A DNA stretch of 64,000 nucleotides from a virus: positions 53,754 to 117,753 of IMG/VR virus record IMGVR_UViG_3300021962_000040. One strand, given 5' to 3'. A program made the translations under genes and the position numbers. The notes beneath the pieces were generated by a model. That model was not told where the DNA came from. It worked only from the letters and a program-made list of their open reading frames with translations, and made no database searches. Below, piece after piece: positions 39,281 to 47,469 of this stretch. The first letter of the stretch is position 1; every line of letters begins with the position of its first letter.

Positions 39281-40906
39281 TTATCCTTCACAGCTTGCAC
39301 ATTCTAATATATTCCTTGCAAATGCCTGTGCACTACTCATACTAAACTGATAGTAGAGAGTTTTAACACCTTGCTCATGAGCAAACAAATATAATTGATT
39401 AATGTCTTTTGCTGGGACACTAGGGTGAATCATTAAGTTTAATGACTGTGATTGATCAATATACTTCTGTCTTGCGGCAGCTTGAATAATGATCTCTTTA
39501 GGGCTAAGTTCAATGAAAGACTTAAACACAGCTTTGCTTGGGAAATCCAAGTGCTGAACTGAACCATCTTTCTTTAAGATACTCTCCCAAGTATCCGGTG
39601 TATTTAAACCATATTTCTCAAGTTCTGTTTCTAAGAAAGGATTCTTGTATACTGTTTTGCTTTTAGCAAGATCCTTTATGAAGTAGTTTGATTTGATAGG
39701 CTCAATACCCATTGATACTTGACCATGAATAAATGAACTTGATTTAGTAGGAGCTATTGCAACCAGGGTTGCGTTAGCATATCCAGGTCTAATTGAGGTA
39801 ATCCCTTTAGTCTCACACAACATTTTAGATGTTGCATCAGATTTATCTTTGATTGTTTTAAAGATGGATATGTTAGCAAACTTAGCTTCCATAGATTCAA
39901 ACTCAATTAGCTTAGATTGAAGGTACGAATGATATCCCAAAACACCAAGACCAATTGCTCTATGTTCTTTAGCAAATCTATGAGCACGTGCCATACCCGG
40001 AAGGGTAGCAGCTTTGGTAATGAACTCATCTATAACAGCGTTCAAGAATAAAGTGTAGGTTTCAATAGCATCACTCTTTTCAATCTCATCCCAGTGCAAT
40101 AGATTCAAGGAACCTAGACAACATACAAAAGAATTAAAGCTGTCTGTAGGAAGTTGAATTTCAGAGCATAGATTAGACGCTGTGATCTCCAAACCCAATT
40201 CTTTATAAGGGGAATTATTATTGGAGTTGTCTTTGAACATGATGTAAGGGAACCCAAATTCATTTCTTCTTTGGATAATCTTGGCCCATACTTTACGCTT
40301 CTCAGGGTCTCCGGCTTTCATTTCTTCCAACCAGGCATCACCAACTGTGATACCATACTGAAGATTCTGAATTAAGTTACCCTCAGTTCCAATATCTAGG
40401 AACTCAAGAATGTCTGGATGTTCTACGGGTAAGTACGCTGCACATGCACCACGTCTTGCCTCAGATTGTTTACATACATCTACGACAGTGTCATAGATTC
40501 TTGCATAATGTACAGGACCATCTGCAGTCCCTCCTGTTGAGATTTCAGTACCACGGGCTCTGATATTACCCAAGAATACGCTTGTCCCTCCACCATACTT
40601 TGACATCATACCTATTTCACGACCTGCATTCAAGATGCTGTCAAGGTTATCATCTACGTTACTTCCGTAACAGCTGATAGGCAAACCTTTCTGTTTACCA
40701 AAGTTGATCCATACGGGTGTGGACAAACTGTAGTAACCACGACCCATATACTCTTCAAACTTCTGAGCAAAGCCAGGAATGCCGAGATATTTCTCAGCAG
40801 TCCTAGCAATGTCTTTGATTCTTTGTTCAGGAGATTCACTGATGTAACCTCTTGAAAGGAACTTGCGGCTTTCCTCATTAAGCCAATAATACTTAGAATA
40901 AATCAT
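39281..40906 (-). CDS. nrdA: Ribonucleotide reductase class Ia alpha subunit (short, no ATP cone)
   Basis: PISCY, SNLCSEI, AIAPTKSSS, KTLYY and C-terminal CASCEG motifs. Confidence 0.95.
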   Translation of the reverse strand: MIYSKYYWLNEESRKFLSRGYISESPEQRIKDIARTAEKYLGIPGFAQKFEEYMGRGYYSLSTPVWINFGKQKGLPISCYGSNVDDNLDSILNAGREIGMMSKYGGGTSVFLGNIRARGTEISTGGTADGPVHYARIYDTVVDVCKQSEARRGACAAYLPVEHPDILEFLDIGTEGNLIQNLQYGITVGDAWLEEMKAGDPEKRKVWAKIIQRRNEFGFPYIMFKDNSNNNSPYKELGLEITASNLCSEIQLPTDSFNSFVCCLGSLNLLHWDEIEKSDAIETYTLFLNAVIDEFITKAATLPGMARAHRFAKEHRAIGLGVLGYHSYLQSKLIEFESMEAKFANISIFKTIKDKSDATSKMLCETKGITSIRPGYANATLVAIAPTKSSSFIHGQVSMGIEPIKSNYFIKDLAKSKTVYKNPFLETELEKYGLNTPDTWESILKKDGSVQHLDFPSKAVFKSFIELSPKEIIIQAAARQKYIDQSQSLNLMIHPSVPAKDINQLYLFAHEQGVKTLYYQFSMSSAQAFARNILECASCEG

Positions 40907-41873
40907 CTTCTGTAATTGCTTTTGATTTTTTGTTATAGTCTATTTGTTTTTTGTAAAAGAAGTCTCCTTCCTTAGTTGCGGTAATTTCAACCTCAAACCA
41001 ATGTGTCTGATCTAAAAGATCTTGATCCACGTTGAATAAAGGCTGCATGCCAATCTTTCTAAGAGAGTTATTAAATCTATTTTTGATGAAGTTCTTGATG
41101 GTCTCTTTTGGAAGGAAGTCTAACTCACCGTTCTCAAAGATCCAATCCAGGATACCACACTCTGCAGCATACGCTTTCTCACAGGCGGAGTTAATTAAGT
41201 CCTCAAACTCTTGGTCAAACCACTCAGGGTTCTCTGCTTTGATGATGTTAATGATCTCAACGCCAAAGTTGCCATGGATATCCTCTTCTTTACTTGTGGC
41301 CTCAACCACATTTGAGATACCTTTAAAAAGATTCTTTTCCTTATTAAAGGACATCATAATAAGAAACTGGCTGAACAGACTAACGTGCTCAATAAACAAT
41401 GAGAATAGAAGCACACTCTTGGTGTACATTTTATTGTCTTTGCTGCGGGAACCATCTAAGTACTTCTTTAGGTACTTGATTCTGTTGCCAATAGCCGGTA
41501 TGTCAATAACAGTTCTGAACTCTTCTTCAAGACCAAGGATTCTAAGCAGTCTTGCATAGGCATCCTTATGTCTTACTTCAGACTCAGCAAACGTCATACC
41601 CACATCACCTATTTCTGTAATAGGCATTCTCTTGTACATGTCAGCCCAAAAGGTTTTAACATTAACCTCAATCTGTGCAATTGCCAACATAGTTCTTTTA
41701 ATTACTTCTCTCTCCTCATCAGTCACTTTGACTCTAAAGTCATCAATGTCTGTAGTAAAATTATATTCAGTGTCAATCCAATACGAGTGCCTGATGGCAT
41801 CCTTATAGGCTAATAACTGAGGGTACTCATAGGGCAAAATGTTTACTCTAGGTTCAAAAATGTTTCCTTTCAT
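40893..41873 (-). CDS. nrdB: Ribonucleotide reductase beta subunit
   Basis: Di-iron ferritin-like motifs AQIE, ESEVRHKDAY, IEHVSLFSQF, EEDIHG and DFF tail. Start placed at MKGNIFEP; the ORF track extends it to 41924. Confidence 0.93.
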   Translation of the reverse strand: MKGNIFEPRVNILPYEYPQLLAYKDAIRHSYWIDTEYNFTTDIDDFRVKVTDEEREVIKRTMLAIAQIEVNVKTFWADMYKRMPITEIGDVGMTFAESEVRHKDAYARLLRILGLEEEFRTVIDIPAIGNRIKYLKKYLDGSRSKDNKMYTKSVLLFSLFIEHVSLFSQFLIMMSFNKEKNLFKGISNVVEATSKEEDIHGNFGVEIINIIKAENPEWFDQEFEDLINSACEKAYAAECGILDWIFENGELDFLPKETIKNFIKNRFNNSLRKIGMQPLFNVDQDLLDQTHWFEVEITATKEGDFFYKKQIDYNKKSKAITEDDLF

Positions 41874-41974
41874 GCATGTGTTATTATTAATGTTAGAGAA
41901 AAAAAGCTGTGCATTATATCCCAAAAGATGTGCACAGCTAGTACATCTAATTTAGTAAAATTTAGTCTAGCTAC

Positions 41975-42166
41975 CTAATCTTTCCAGAAAACTTTTATGA
42001 AAGAAAACTTGAAAAATAACAGACCTAGTTCCAAACCCCTGACGGGACTGTAACTATCATTGCTGCACAAAACGTGGCAGTTTATAAGCCTTAATCCTAT
42101 CAGAGGCTCTGTAGGTAAGAAGGAGAATGAAAATTGATTGTGGAAGTCCACTTTGTCTATGCTCAT
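41975..42166 (-). CDS. Hypothetical small beta-rich protein
   Basis: 63 aa. TAAATTTG element (Bacteroidota -7 like) just upstream. Confidence 0.5.
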   Translation of the reverse strand: MSIDKVDFHNQFSFSFLPTEPLIGLRLINCHVLCSNDSYSPVRGLELGLLFFKFSFIKVFWKD

Positions 42167-42263
42167 AAGATTGCAAATTTAAAATATTTGATGAATTATA
42201 GTTAGAAAAAGATAAATTTATTTTGTATATTATAGTATACGACAGATTACTGTTAACCTATGT

Positions 42264-42656
42264 TTGTTTATTATGGTATCAAGATTAAGAACAATACTTA
42301 CGTATTATGATTCAGAGCCTACTGAAGTTACTCAGGGGTTTATATGGATGATATTCTTCCCAATAATCCACACTATTGAGTGCGGTCTTAATTTATGGTT
42401 AGTAATTCCAAGTGTGCTTATAGGTTTAGCTTCAATTAAAGGAGCTTGTTCTCACACAGTTGCAGTAAGAAAAACATTAGGATTAGGAGTTTTCCTTTTT
42501 TCCATTGTGGTAATAACATACTACTTTTTGATAAAAAAATTACCCAGTGATGTAACTCATTGGGGCTGGGTACTAGTTTCACTTAGTGCCTTTTTTAATT
42601 TAAGAAGATTAACTAACCATTATTATTTGAAATACGGAAATGGCTGCAATAGATAA
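42264..42656 (+). CDS. Four-TM membrane protein (holin-like)
   Basis: About 4 hydrophobic segments. Follows the TTGTATATTA motif at ~42218-42239. Confidence 0.5.
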   Translation: MFIMVSRLRTILTYYDSEPTEVTQGFIWMIFFPIIHTIECGLNLWLVIPSVLIGLASIKGACSHTVAVRKTLGLGVFLFSIVVITYYFLIKKLPSDVTHWGWVLVSLSAFFNLRRLTNHYYLKYGNGCNR

Positions 42657-42954
42657 CATAAGCACGGTACTTGTAACTTTGTTTACAGTTTTATTTTCAG
42701 CTGGAGCTTGGAAGTTCTATGAAACTAAAATGAAACTAAAGGCAAAAGATGCCCAAGATGAAAAAAATGATCAGAATATGTTTAGAGATGATTTAAGAGA
42801 AAGGGTTAAACGCTTAGAGCAACTCCTTCAAGAAAGTTCAGAAGAGAAAGATGAGATGAGAGATCAGATTCTTTCTTTGACCAAAGAGGTTAGTGAGCTA
42901 CGTGTGAAAGTAAGTTTCTTAGAGAAAGAGAATGAAAGACTCAAGAATATCTAA
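42640..42954 (+). CDS. N-terminal TM plus coiled-coil protein (lysis-associated?)
   Basis: 104 aa. One TM helix followed by a heptad-rich C-terminus. Confidence 0.5.
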   Translation: MAAIDNISTVLVTLFTVLFSAGAWKFYETKMKLKAKDAQDEKNDQNMFRDDLRERVKRLEQLLQESSEEKDEMRDQILSLTKEVSELRVKVSFLEKENERLKNI

Positions 42955-43006
42955 TTTGATTCTTTGCGTATATTTTTGTATATTGGTTATATATAAAACT
43001 AAAAAA

Positions 43007-43267
43007 ATGATTAAAAAATTTCTTTACGGTGTTTGGACTTTTTCTTTACAAAAAGGTTGGAACTGGATCTGGTCTAAAACAACTATTGATGAACAGGCAA
43101 TTGCTGTTGTTCAAGAAGTTAAGGAGAGAACAGAGGACGTAATTGAAGAATTCAAAGATGTCAAAGAATCTGTACAAGAAGTTGTACAAGAAACTAAAGA
43201 TGTAGTTGATGCTGCAAAAGGTAAACCAAAAAGAAAAAGAAATGGCAGCAAAGAAAAATTGGATTAA
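43007..43267 (+). CDS. Hypothetical protein with amphipathic repeat helix
   Basis: Start moved to ATG 43007, downstream of the promoter-like motif at ~42972. VQEV/KDV repeats and a basic tail. Confidence 0.55.
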   Translation: MIKKFLYGVWTFSLQKGWNWIWSKTTIDEQAIAVVQEVKERTEDVIEEFKDVKESVQEVVQETKDVVDAAKGKPKRKRNGSKEKLD

Positions 43268-43436
43268 AGGTGCTATTAAAAAACCTGGTGCATTAACAGC
43301 TACTGCTAAGAAAGCAGGTGCTGTAAAAGCTGATGGTACAATTAAAAAGGACTGGCTCAAAGAAAAAGCAAAAGGTTCTGGTAAAACTGCACAGCGTGCA
43401 AGATTAGCAATCACTCTTGGTAAAATGAAGAAATAA
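43242..43436 (+). CDS. Small Lys/Ala-rich basic protein
   Basis: MAAKKNWIKGAIKKPGAL...RARLAITLGKMKK, a pattern recalled from other phage small proteins. Confidence 0.65.
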   Translation: MAAKKNWIKGAIKKPGALTATAKKAGAVKADGTIKKDWLKEKAKGSGKTAQRARLAITLGKMKK

Positions 43437-43582
43437 TGGCAAAGGCAAAAGCACAAATGGGGGCAACTACTTTTAAAGCAAAGCCCAAAGTTTCTAGACC
43501 TGGTGTACAGGCTAAGACTAAAACTAGTAAGAACAAAAATAGTAAACTCTATAAAAAGCCATATAGAGGTCAGGGTAAATAA
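43436..43582 (+). CDS. 48-aa basic protein (not in the ORF track)
   Basis: MAKAKAQMGATTFKAKPKVSRPGVQAKTKTSKNKNSKLYKKPYRGQGK. TAATG-coupled to the upstream gene; ends in YRGQG. Confidence 0.65.
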   Translation: MAKAKAQMGATTFKAKPKVSRPGVQAKTKTSKNKNSKLYKKPYRGQGK

Positions 43583-43585
43583 ATT

Positions 43586-43735
43586 ATGAGTGACTGGGTA
43601 TTAGAAATAGCATTTCACTGGCCTCATGACAGGTTTGCTTTAGGTTGGGACACAATTGCTCCAACTGAAGAAGAACCCTTCTCTACTTTGAGAGTTTATT
43701 TATTATTTGTAACTTTAACTTTAGATATTTACTAA
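43586..43735 (+). CDS. 49-aa hypothetical protein (not in the ORF track)
   Basis: MSDWVLEIAFHWPHDRFALGWDTIAPTEEEPFSTLRVYLLFVTLTLDIY. Fills the gap between neighbours exactly. Confidence 0.6.
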   Translation: MSDWVLEIAFHWPHDRFALGWDTIAPTEEEPFSTLRVYLLFVTLTLDIY

Positions 43736-43736
43736 A

Positions 43737-44078
43737 ATGAAAAAGATGAAAAAATATGGAATGGGAGCAGAGCTCAAAAACATTCCTTCCGATAACAAAG
43801 GTTTAGGTAAATTACCCACTGAAGTCCGTAATCAAATGGGCTACAAGAAAATGGGTGGTGAGAAATTACTAAATAAGATGACCATGGGTGGTGCTATGGA
43901 TATGTCTGAAGAGTTTGTAACCAAGATGCGTAATGGTGGTGACACTATGAGAGCAACCTACAAGTACGGTGGTGCTATGAAAAAGCAGAAGTACAAAATG
44001 GGAGGTTATGTTGAAGAACCTAAGAAGATGCAAATGGGTGGATCTTCACAATCAAGAGTAAACGGGTACAAGAAATGA
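43737..44078 (+). CDS. Lys/Met/Gly-rich protein with about 7 xxGG-like repeats
   Basis: KKYGMG, KKMGG, MTMGG, MRNGG, YKYGG, YKMGG, MQMGG. Confidence 0.65.
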   Translation: MKKMKKYGMGAELKNIPSDNKGLGKLPTEVRNQMGYKKMGGEKLLNKMTMGGAMDMSEEFVTKMRNGGDTMRATYKYGGAMKKQKYKMGGYVEEPKKMQMGGSSQSRVNGYKK

Positions 44079-44392
44079 ATATCTTAACAGACATACTTCT
44101 ATTACTGAAGAGAAAGCAATACGTCAAAGGTCTAAAATCCAATGACGTTTTTGTTGTTGGTGTACATGAAGAACCAGATATGCTGGGGATTGCTTCACCT
44201 GTTCCTTATAAAAGTGTGCGTCTGGCAAAGGTTTCTGATGTAGCTAACATACCTTGTAATAAGATTTCTCAAGGTACAGTTACTCCTTCAAGTTCTCCTG
44301 GAGAACCAGGAGATATTAAAGTTGATTCAAATTTTATTTATATTTGTGTAGCTCCAAATACTTGGAAGAGAGCACAGTTAACTAGTTATTAA
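44075..44392 (+). CDS. Short fibre/decoration-like structural protein
   Basis: C-terminal GEPGDIKVDSNFIYICVAPNTWKR motif is typical of phage fibre proteins. N-terminus resembles that of 47470..48597. Confidence 0.5.
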   Translation: MNILTDILLLLKRKQYVKGLKSNDVFVVGVHEEPDMLGIASPVPYKSVRLAKVSDVANIPCNKISQGTVTPSSSPGEPGDIKVDSNFIYICVAPNTWKRAQLTSY

Positions 44393-44394
44393 TC

Positions 44395-44580
44395 ATGGCC
44401 ACTAAAAGTAAAGTAAACGCAGCAGGTAATTATACCAAACCTGGTATGAGAAAAAGTTTGTTTGAGAAAATCAAAGCAGGATCTAAAGGAGGTAATCCTG
44501 GACAATGGTCTGCTAGAAAAGCTCAGATGCTTGCTAAAGAATACAAAGCTAATGGCGGTGGCTACAAAACCAAAAAGTGA
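44395..44580 (+). CDS. DUF5872-like basic protein, N-terminal half
   Basis: YTKPGMRK..IKAGSKGGNPGQWSARKAQMLAKEYKANGGGY. Confidence 0.65.
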   Translation: MATKSKVNAAGNYTKPGMRKSLFEKIKAGSKGGNPGQWSARKAQMLAKEYKANGGGYKTKK

Positions 44581-44813
44581 TGGCAATCAAAAAAGCAACA
44601 ACCAAAACAACAGTAAAGAAAGCGGCCCCTGCAAAGAAGGCTGCTTCAGTCATTTCAGGACCTGATAGAAATGAAATGAGAAAATGGGAAATTGAATCAG
44701 CACTTAGTACTCTTAAAAGAGCAGATGAAATCCGTAAGGATGCTAAGATGATGGGTGATGTTAAAAAGTTAGCACAAGAACAAATGAGTGTTCTTAAAAA
44801 CTTTAGCAAGTAA
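44580..44813 (+). CDS. Small basic protein with histone H1-like N-terminus
   Basis: KKATTKTTVKKAAPAKKAA followed by a helical segment. Confidence 0.55.
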   Translation: MAIKKATTKTTVKKAAPAKKAASVISGPDRNEMRKWEIESALSTLKRADEIRKDAKMMGDVKKLAQEQMSVLKNFSK

Positions 44814-45055
44814 TGGCAAAAGCAAAGTCTCAACAGAGTCTTGACAGGTGGACCAAACAAAAATGGAGAACACCATCTGGAAAACCTTCTGGTGAAACAG
44901 GAGAAGTTTATGCTCCGTCTGCAACAATTTCCAAATTAAAAAGCACAGCTGCTGGTAAAAAGAAATTAGCGGCAGCTAATGCTAAAAAGAGAGAAGCTAC
45001 TAAGGCAGGCAAACAATTTGCTAGTCATGGTTTACATAAAGGTAAAAAGAGATAA
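44813..45055 (+). CDS. DUF5872-like basic protein, C-terminal half
   Basis: QQSLDRWTKQKWRTPSGKPSGETGEVYAP...KKREATKAGKQF. Confidence 0.6.
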   Translation: MAKAKSQQSLDRWTKQKWRTPSGKPSGETGEVYAPSATISKLKSTAAGKKKLAAANAKKREATKAGKQFASHGLHKGKKR

Positions 45056-45057
45056 CA

Positions 45058-46395
45058 ATGGGACTAGATCCAAAAAGACGGTTTTATTTAGATGGATATG
45101 GACAGCATCCTGAATGGTATACTTGGCATTATGAAATGCTCAAGAAACTTGTTGATGTAAATACAAGTATTAATAATCAGACAACTCAAGGTTTGTCTTT
45201 TGATCCTACTGCTTCAGATTCATTTGGCCGTTTAAGAACATCTGCTCCATTAACTTTATTTGATTCAAGCCATAGATATACAGACAATCAGCTTTGGTCA
45301 ACAGAGTCTGTGTCTGGTACAGCTGTATTTAACGGAGATCAAGGTTTAGTTGATTTGAATATCACAACAGCTGACGCTTCTAAAGTAATTAGAGAAACAA
45401 ATAAAGTCTTTGCTTATCAACCGGGTAAGTCACTTCTTGTTTTAAATACATTTGTGATGGGTACCCCTCAAGATGGACTTAGACAAAGAGTTGGTTACTT
45501 TGGAGATAAGAATGGATTTTACTTAGAACAACTAGGAACTGATATAGCCTTTGTAGAAAGAAGCTTAGTAAGTGGTTCTGTAACAAATACTCCTGTAGTA
45601 CAAAGTTCATGGAATGGGGATAAACTAGACGGAACTGGTGCTTCTGGATTGACTTTAGATTTAACTAAAGCTCAGATTCTTTGGATTGATTTAGAATGGT
45701 TAGGTGTTGGATCAGTACGCGTTGGATTTGTAATCAACGGTAAGTTTATTGTATGTCATACATTCAATCATGCAAATATCATTGGTAGTACCTATATTAC
45801 AACTGCCTCATTACCATTACGTTATGAGATTGAAAATGTCTTAGGTATTACATCAAGCAGCACTTTAAAACAAATTTGTTCTACAGTTATTTCTGAAGGT
45901 GGTTATGAGTTAAGAGGTTTGCAACAAGCTGTTGGAACTCCTATCTTAACACCTAGACTATTTGCTGTAGCTGGTACATATTATCCTATAGTATCTTTAC
46001 GTTTGAAGACTACAAGACTTGATGCTATTGCAATTGTTACTGCAATTTCATTACTTGGTACAGGAAACGGTAAAAGTTATCAATGGAGATTAGTAGCCGG
46101 TGCTACAACAACTAGTGGATCATGGACAGATGCTGGACCAAATTCTTCTGTAGAATATAATTTATCAGGAACAGCTGTAAGTGGTGGTAGAATCCTAGCT
46201 AGTGGTTATGTTAACTCATCTAACCAAGGATCACCAACAATAAACATATTAAAAGAAGCTCTCTTTGCTAATCAGTTAGAAAGAAACGGATTGACAGGAG
46301 TACCATATGAAGTTACAATAGAAGTAGCTGTAGCTACCACATCCGGTGGTGAAAGTGTTTATGCTTCAATGGACTGGGAGGAAGTAAGTAGATAA
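45058..46395 (+). CDS. Phage structural protein (beta-rich, lectin-like)
   Basis: 445 aa. DSFGRLRTSAPLTLFDS, YQPGKS and EWLGVGSVRVGF motifs recalled from phage virion proteins. Confidence 0.55.
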   Translation: MGLDPKRRFYLDGYGQHPEWYTWHYEMLKKLVDVNTSINNQTTQGLSFDPTASDSFGRLRTSAPLTLFDSSHRYTDNQLWSTESVSGTAVFNGDQGLVDLNITTADASKVIRETNKVFAYQPGKSLLVLNTFVMGTPQDGLRQRVGYFGDKNGFYLEQLGTDIAFVERSLVSGSVTNTPVVQSSWNGDKLDGTGASGLTLDLTKAQILWIDLEWLGVGSVRVGFVINGKFIVCHTFNHANIIGSTYITTASLPLRYEIENVLGITSSSTLKQICSTVISEGGYELRGLQQAVGTPILTPRLFAVAGTYYPIVSLRLKTTRLDAIAIVTAISLLGTGNGKSYQWRLVAGATTTSGSWTDAGPNSSVEYNLSGTAVSGGRILASGYVNSSNQGSPTINILKEALFANQLERNGLTGVPYEVTIEVAVATTSGGESVYASMDWEEVSR

Positions 46396-46399
46396 TAAA

Positions 46400-46903
46400 A
46401 TGAAAAAATTAGTCTTATTAATAGTATTAAGTAGTCTCTTGGCATCTTGTGTTGTTACAAGAAAGCAAAGAGAAAAGATCTGTAATGAGTGTAAAACTCA
46501 TACTACAGAATATATCCGTGACAGCATCTATATAAAGGATACTGTGGTTTCCGTAGAACCTGATAGTTCTGCAATTGAAGCATTATTAGAATGTGATAGC
46601 TTGGGTCGTGTGAAGATTGTTGAGATGTCAAGTCTTCAGGGTAAGGTAGTTAATCTGGAGTTAGCTTTAAAGAACAATAGATTAAAAACAAAAGCCAAAA
46701 TAGATACAATTAAAGTATACGTTCCAGGTGCAACAGAAGTACGTTATAGAATCAAAGAGGTTCAGATTGAAAAGCCTGTGACTATTTATAAAGATTACTG
46801 GTGGAAATGGCCTTTACTTATATGGGCACTGTTTGCAACTATAGTATTAGTGATTGTGTTTAGAAAAACAATATTCAGTTTCATAAAAACATTAATAGCA
46901 TGA
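46400..46903 (+). CDS. Lipoprotein with C-terminal TM helix (unimolecular spanin-like)
   Basis: Signal peptide with lipobox LLASC, plus C-terminal TM WWKWPLLIWALFATIVLVIVF. Confidence 0.6.
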   Translation: MKKLVLLIVLSSLLASCVVTRKQREKICNECKTHTTEYIRDSIYIKDTVVSVEPDSSAIEALLECDSLGRVKIVEMSSLQGKVVNLELALKNNRLKTKAKIDTIKVYVPGATEVRYRIKEVQIEKPVTIYKDYWWKWPLLIWALFATIVLVIVFRKTIFSFIKTLIA

Positions 46904-47133
46904 CACCAAAATATAGATTAAGAGAAGGAGTAACTACCTTTATTGGATTACTCTTTTTGATTTCAGCATTAGCTATGGTTGTAATGAATCTTTTCTTTGA
47001 GAAAGACTTTGCAGCTTGGTCTACAATCATTCCTATCTCATTACTGGGATGGGTATTCTTGTGGGCTAAAAACTCTTTACTTGAGGGTATTACTTTAGGA
47101 CTATTTAAAGTTAAAGGAAATGAAGAAGGATAG
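46900..47133 (+). CDS. Two-TM holin-like protein
   Basis: 77 aa with two hydrophobic helices, adjacent to the spanin-like gene. Confidence 0.5.
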   Translation: MTPKYRLREGVTTFIGLLFLISALAMVVMNLFFEKDFAAWSTIIPISLLGWVFLWAKNSLLEGITLGLFKVKGNEEG

Positions 47134-47425
47134 CCGTTTAGAAAAAGCCGGTGTAGAAGGTTTTAATAAACCTAAAAGAACACCATCACATCCAACAAAG
47201 TCTCACGTTGTTGTAGCTAAAGAAGGAGAGCAAGTTAAGACTATCCGCTTTGGTCAGCAAGGTGTTAAGACTAATCAAACTGTTGGTCAGAGAGAGGCTT
47301 TTAAATCTAGACATGCTAAGAACATTTCTAAGGGTAAGATGAGTGCGGCTTATTGGGCAGACAAAGTAAAATGGAGCCCAAGCAAGACTGCATCACCTAG
47401 CAAGAAATGGAAGAAAGGCAGCTAA
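47120..47425 (+). CDS. Basic phage protein of unknown function
   Basis: KTIRFGQQG..FKSRH..SAAYWADKVKW pattern recalled from a widespread viral family. Confidence 0.6.
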   Translation: MKKDSRLEKAGVEGFNKPKRTPSHPTKSHVVVAKEGEQVKTIRFGQQGVKTNQTVGQREAFKSRHAKNISKGKMSAAYWADKVKWSPSKTASPSKKWKKGS

Positions 47426-47469
47426 AAATTCAGTAATTATTTGTATATTAATATATAACAACAACTACA

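Noticed and set aside
41032-41813. + strand ORFs of 175 aa and 81 aa
   Set aside because: Antisense shadows of nrdB.
43046-44860. Minus-strand ORFs over the small basic gene cluster
   Set aside because: Phe/Leu-rich reverse complements of Lys-rich + strand genes, which tile tightly with coupled starts and stops.
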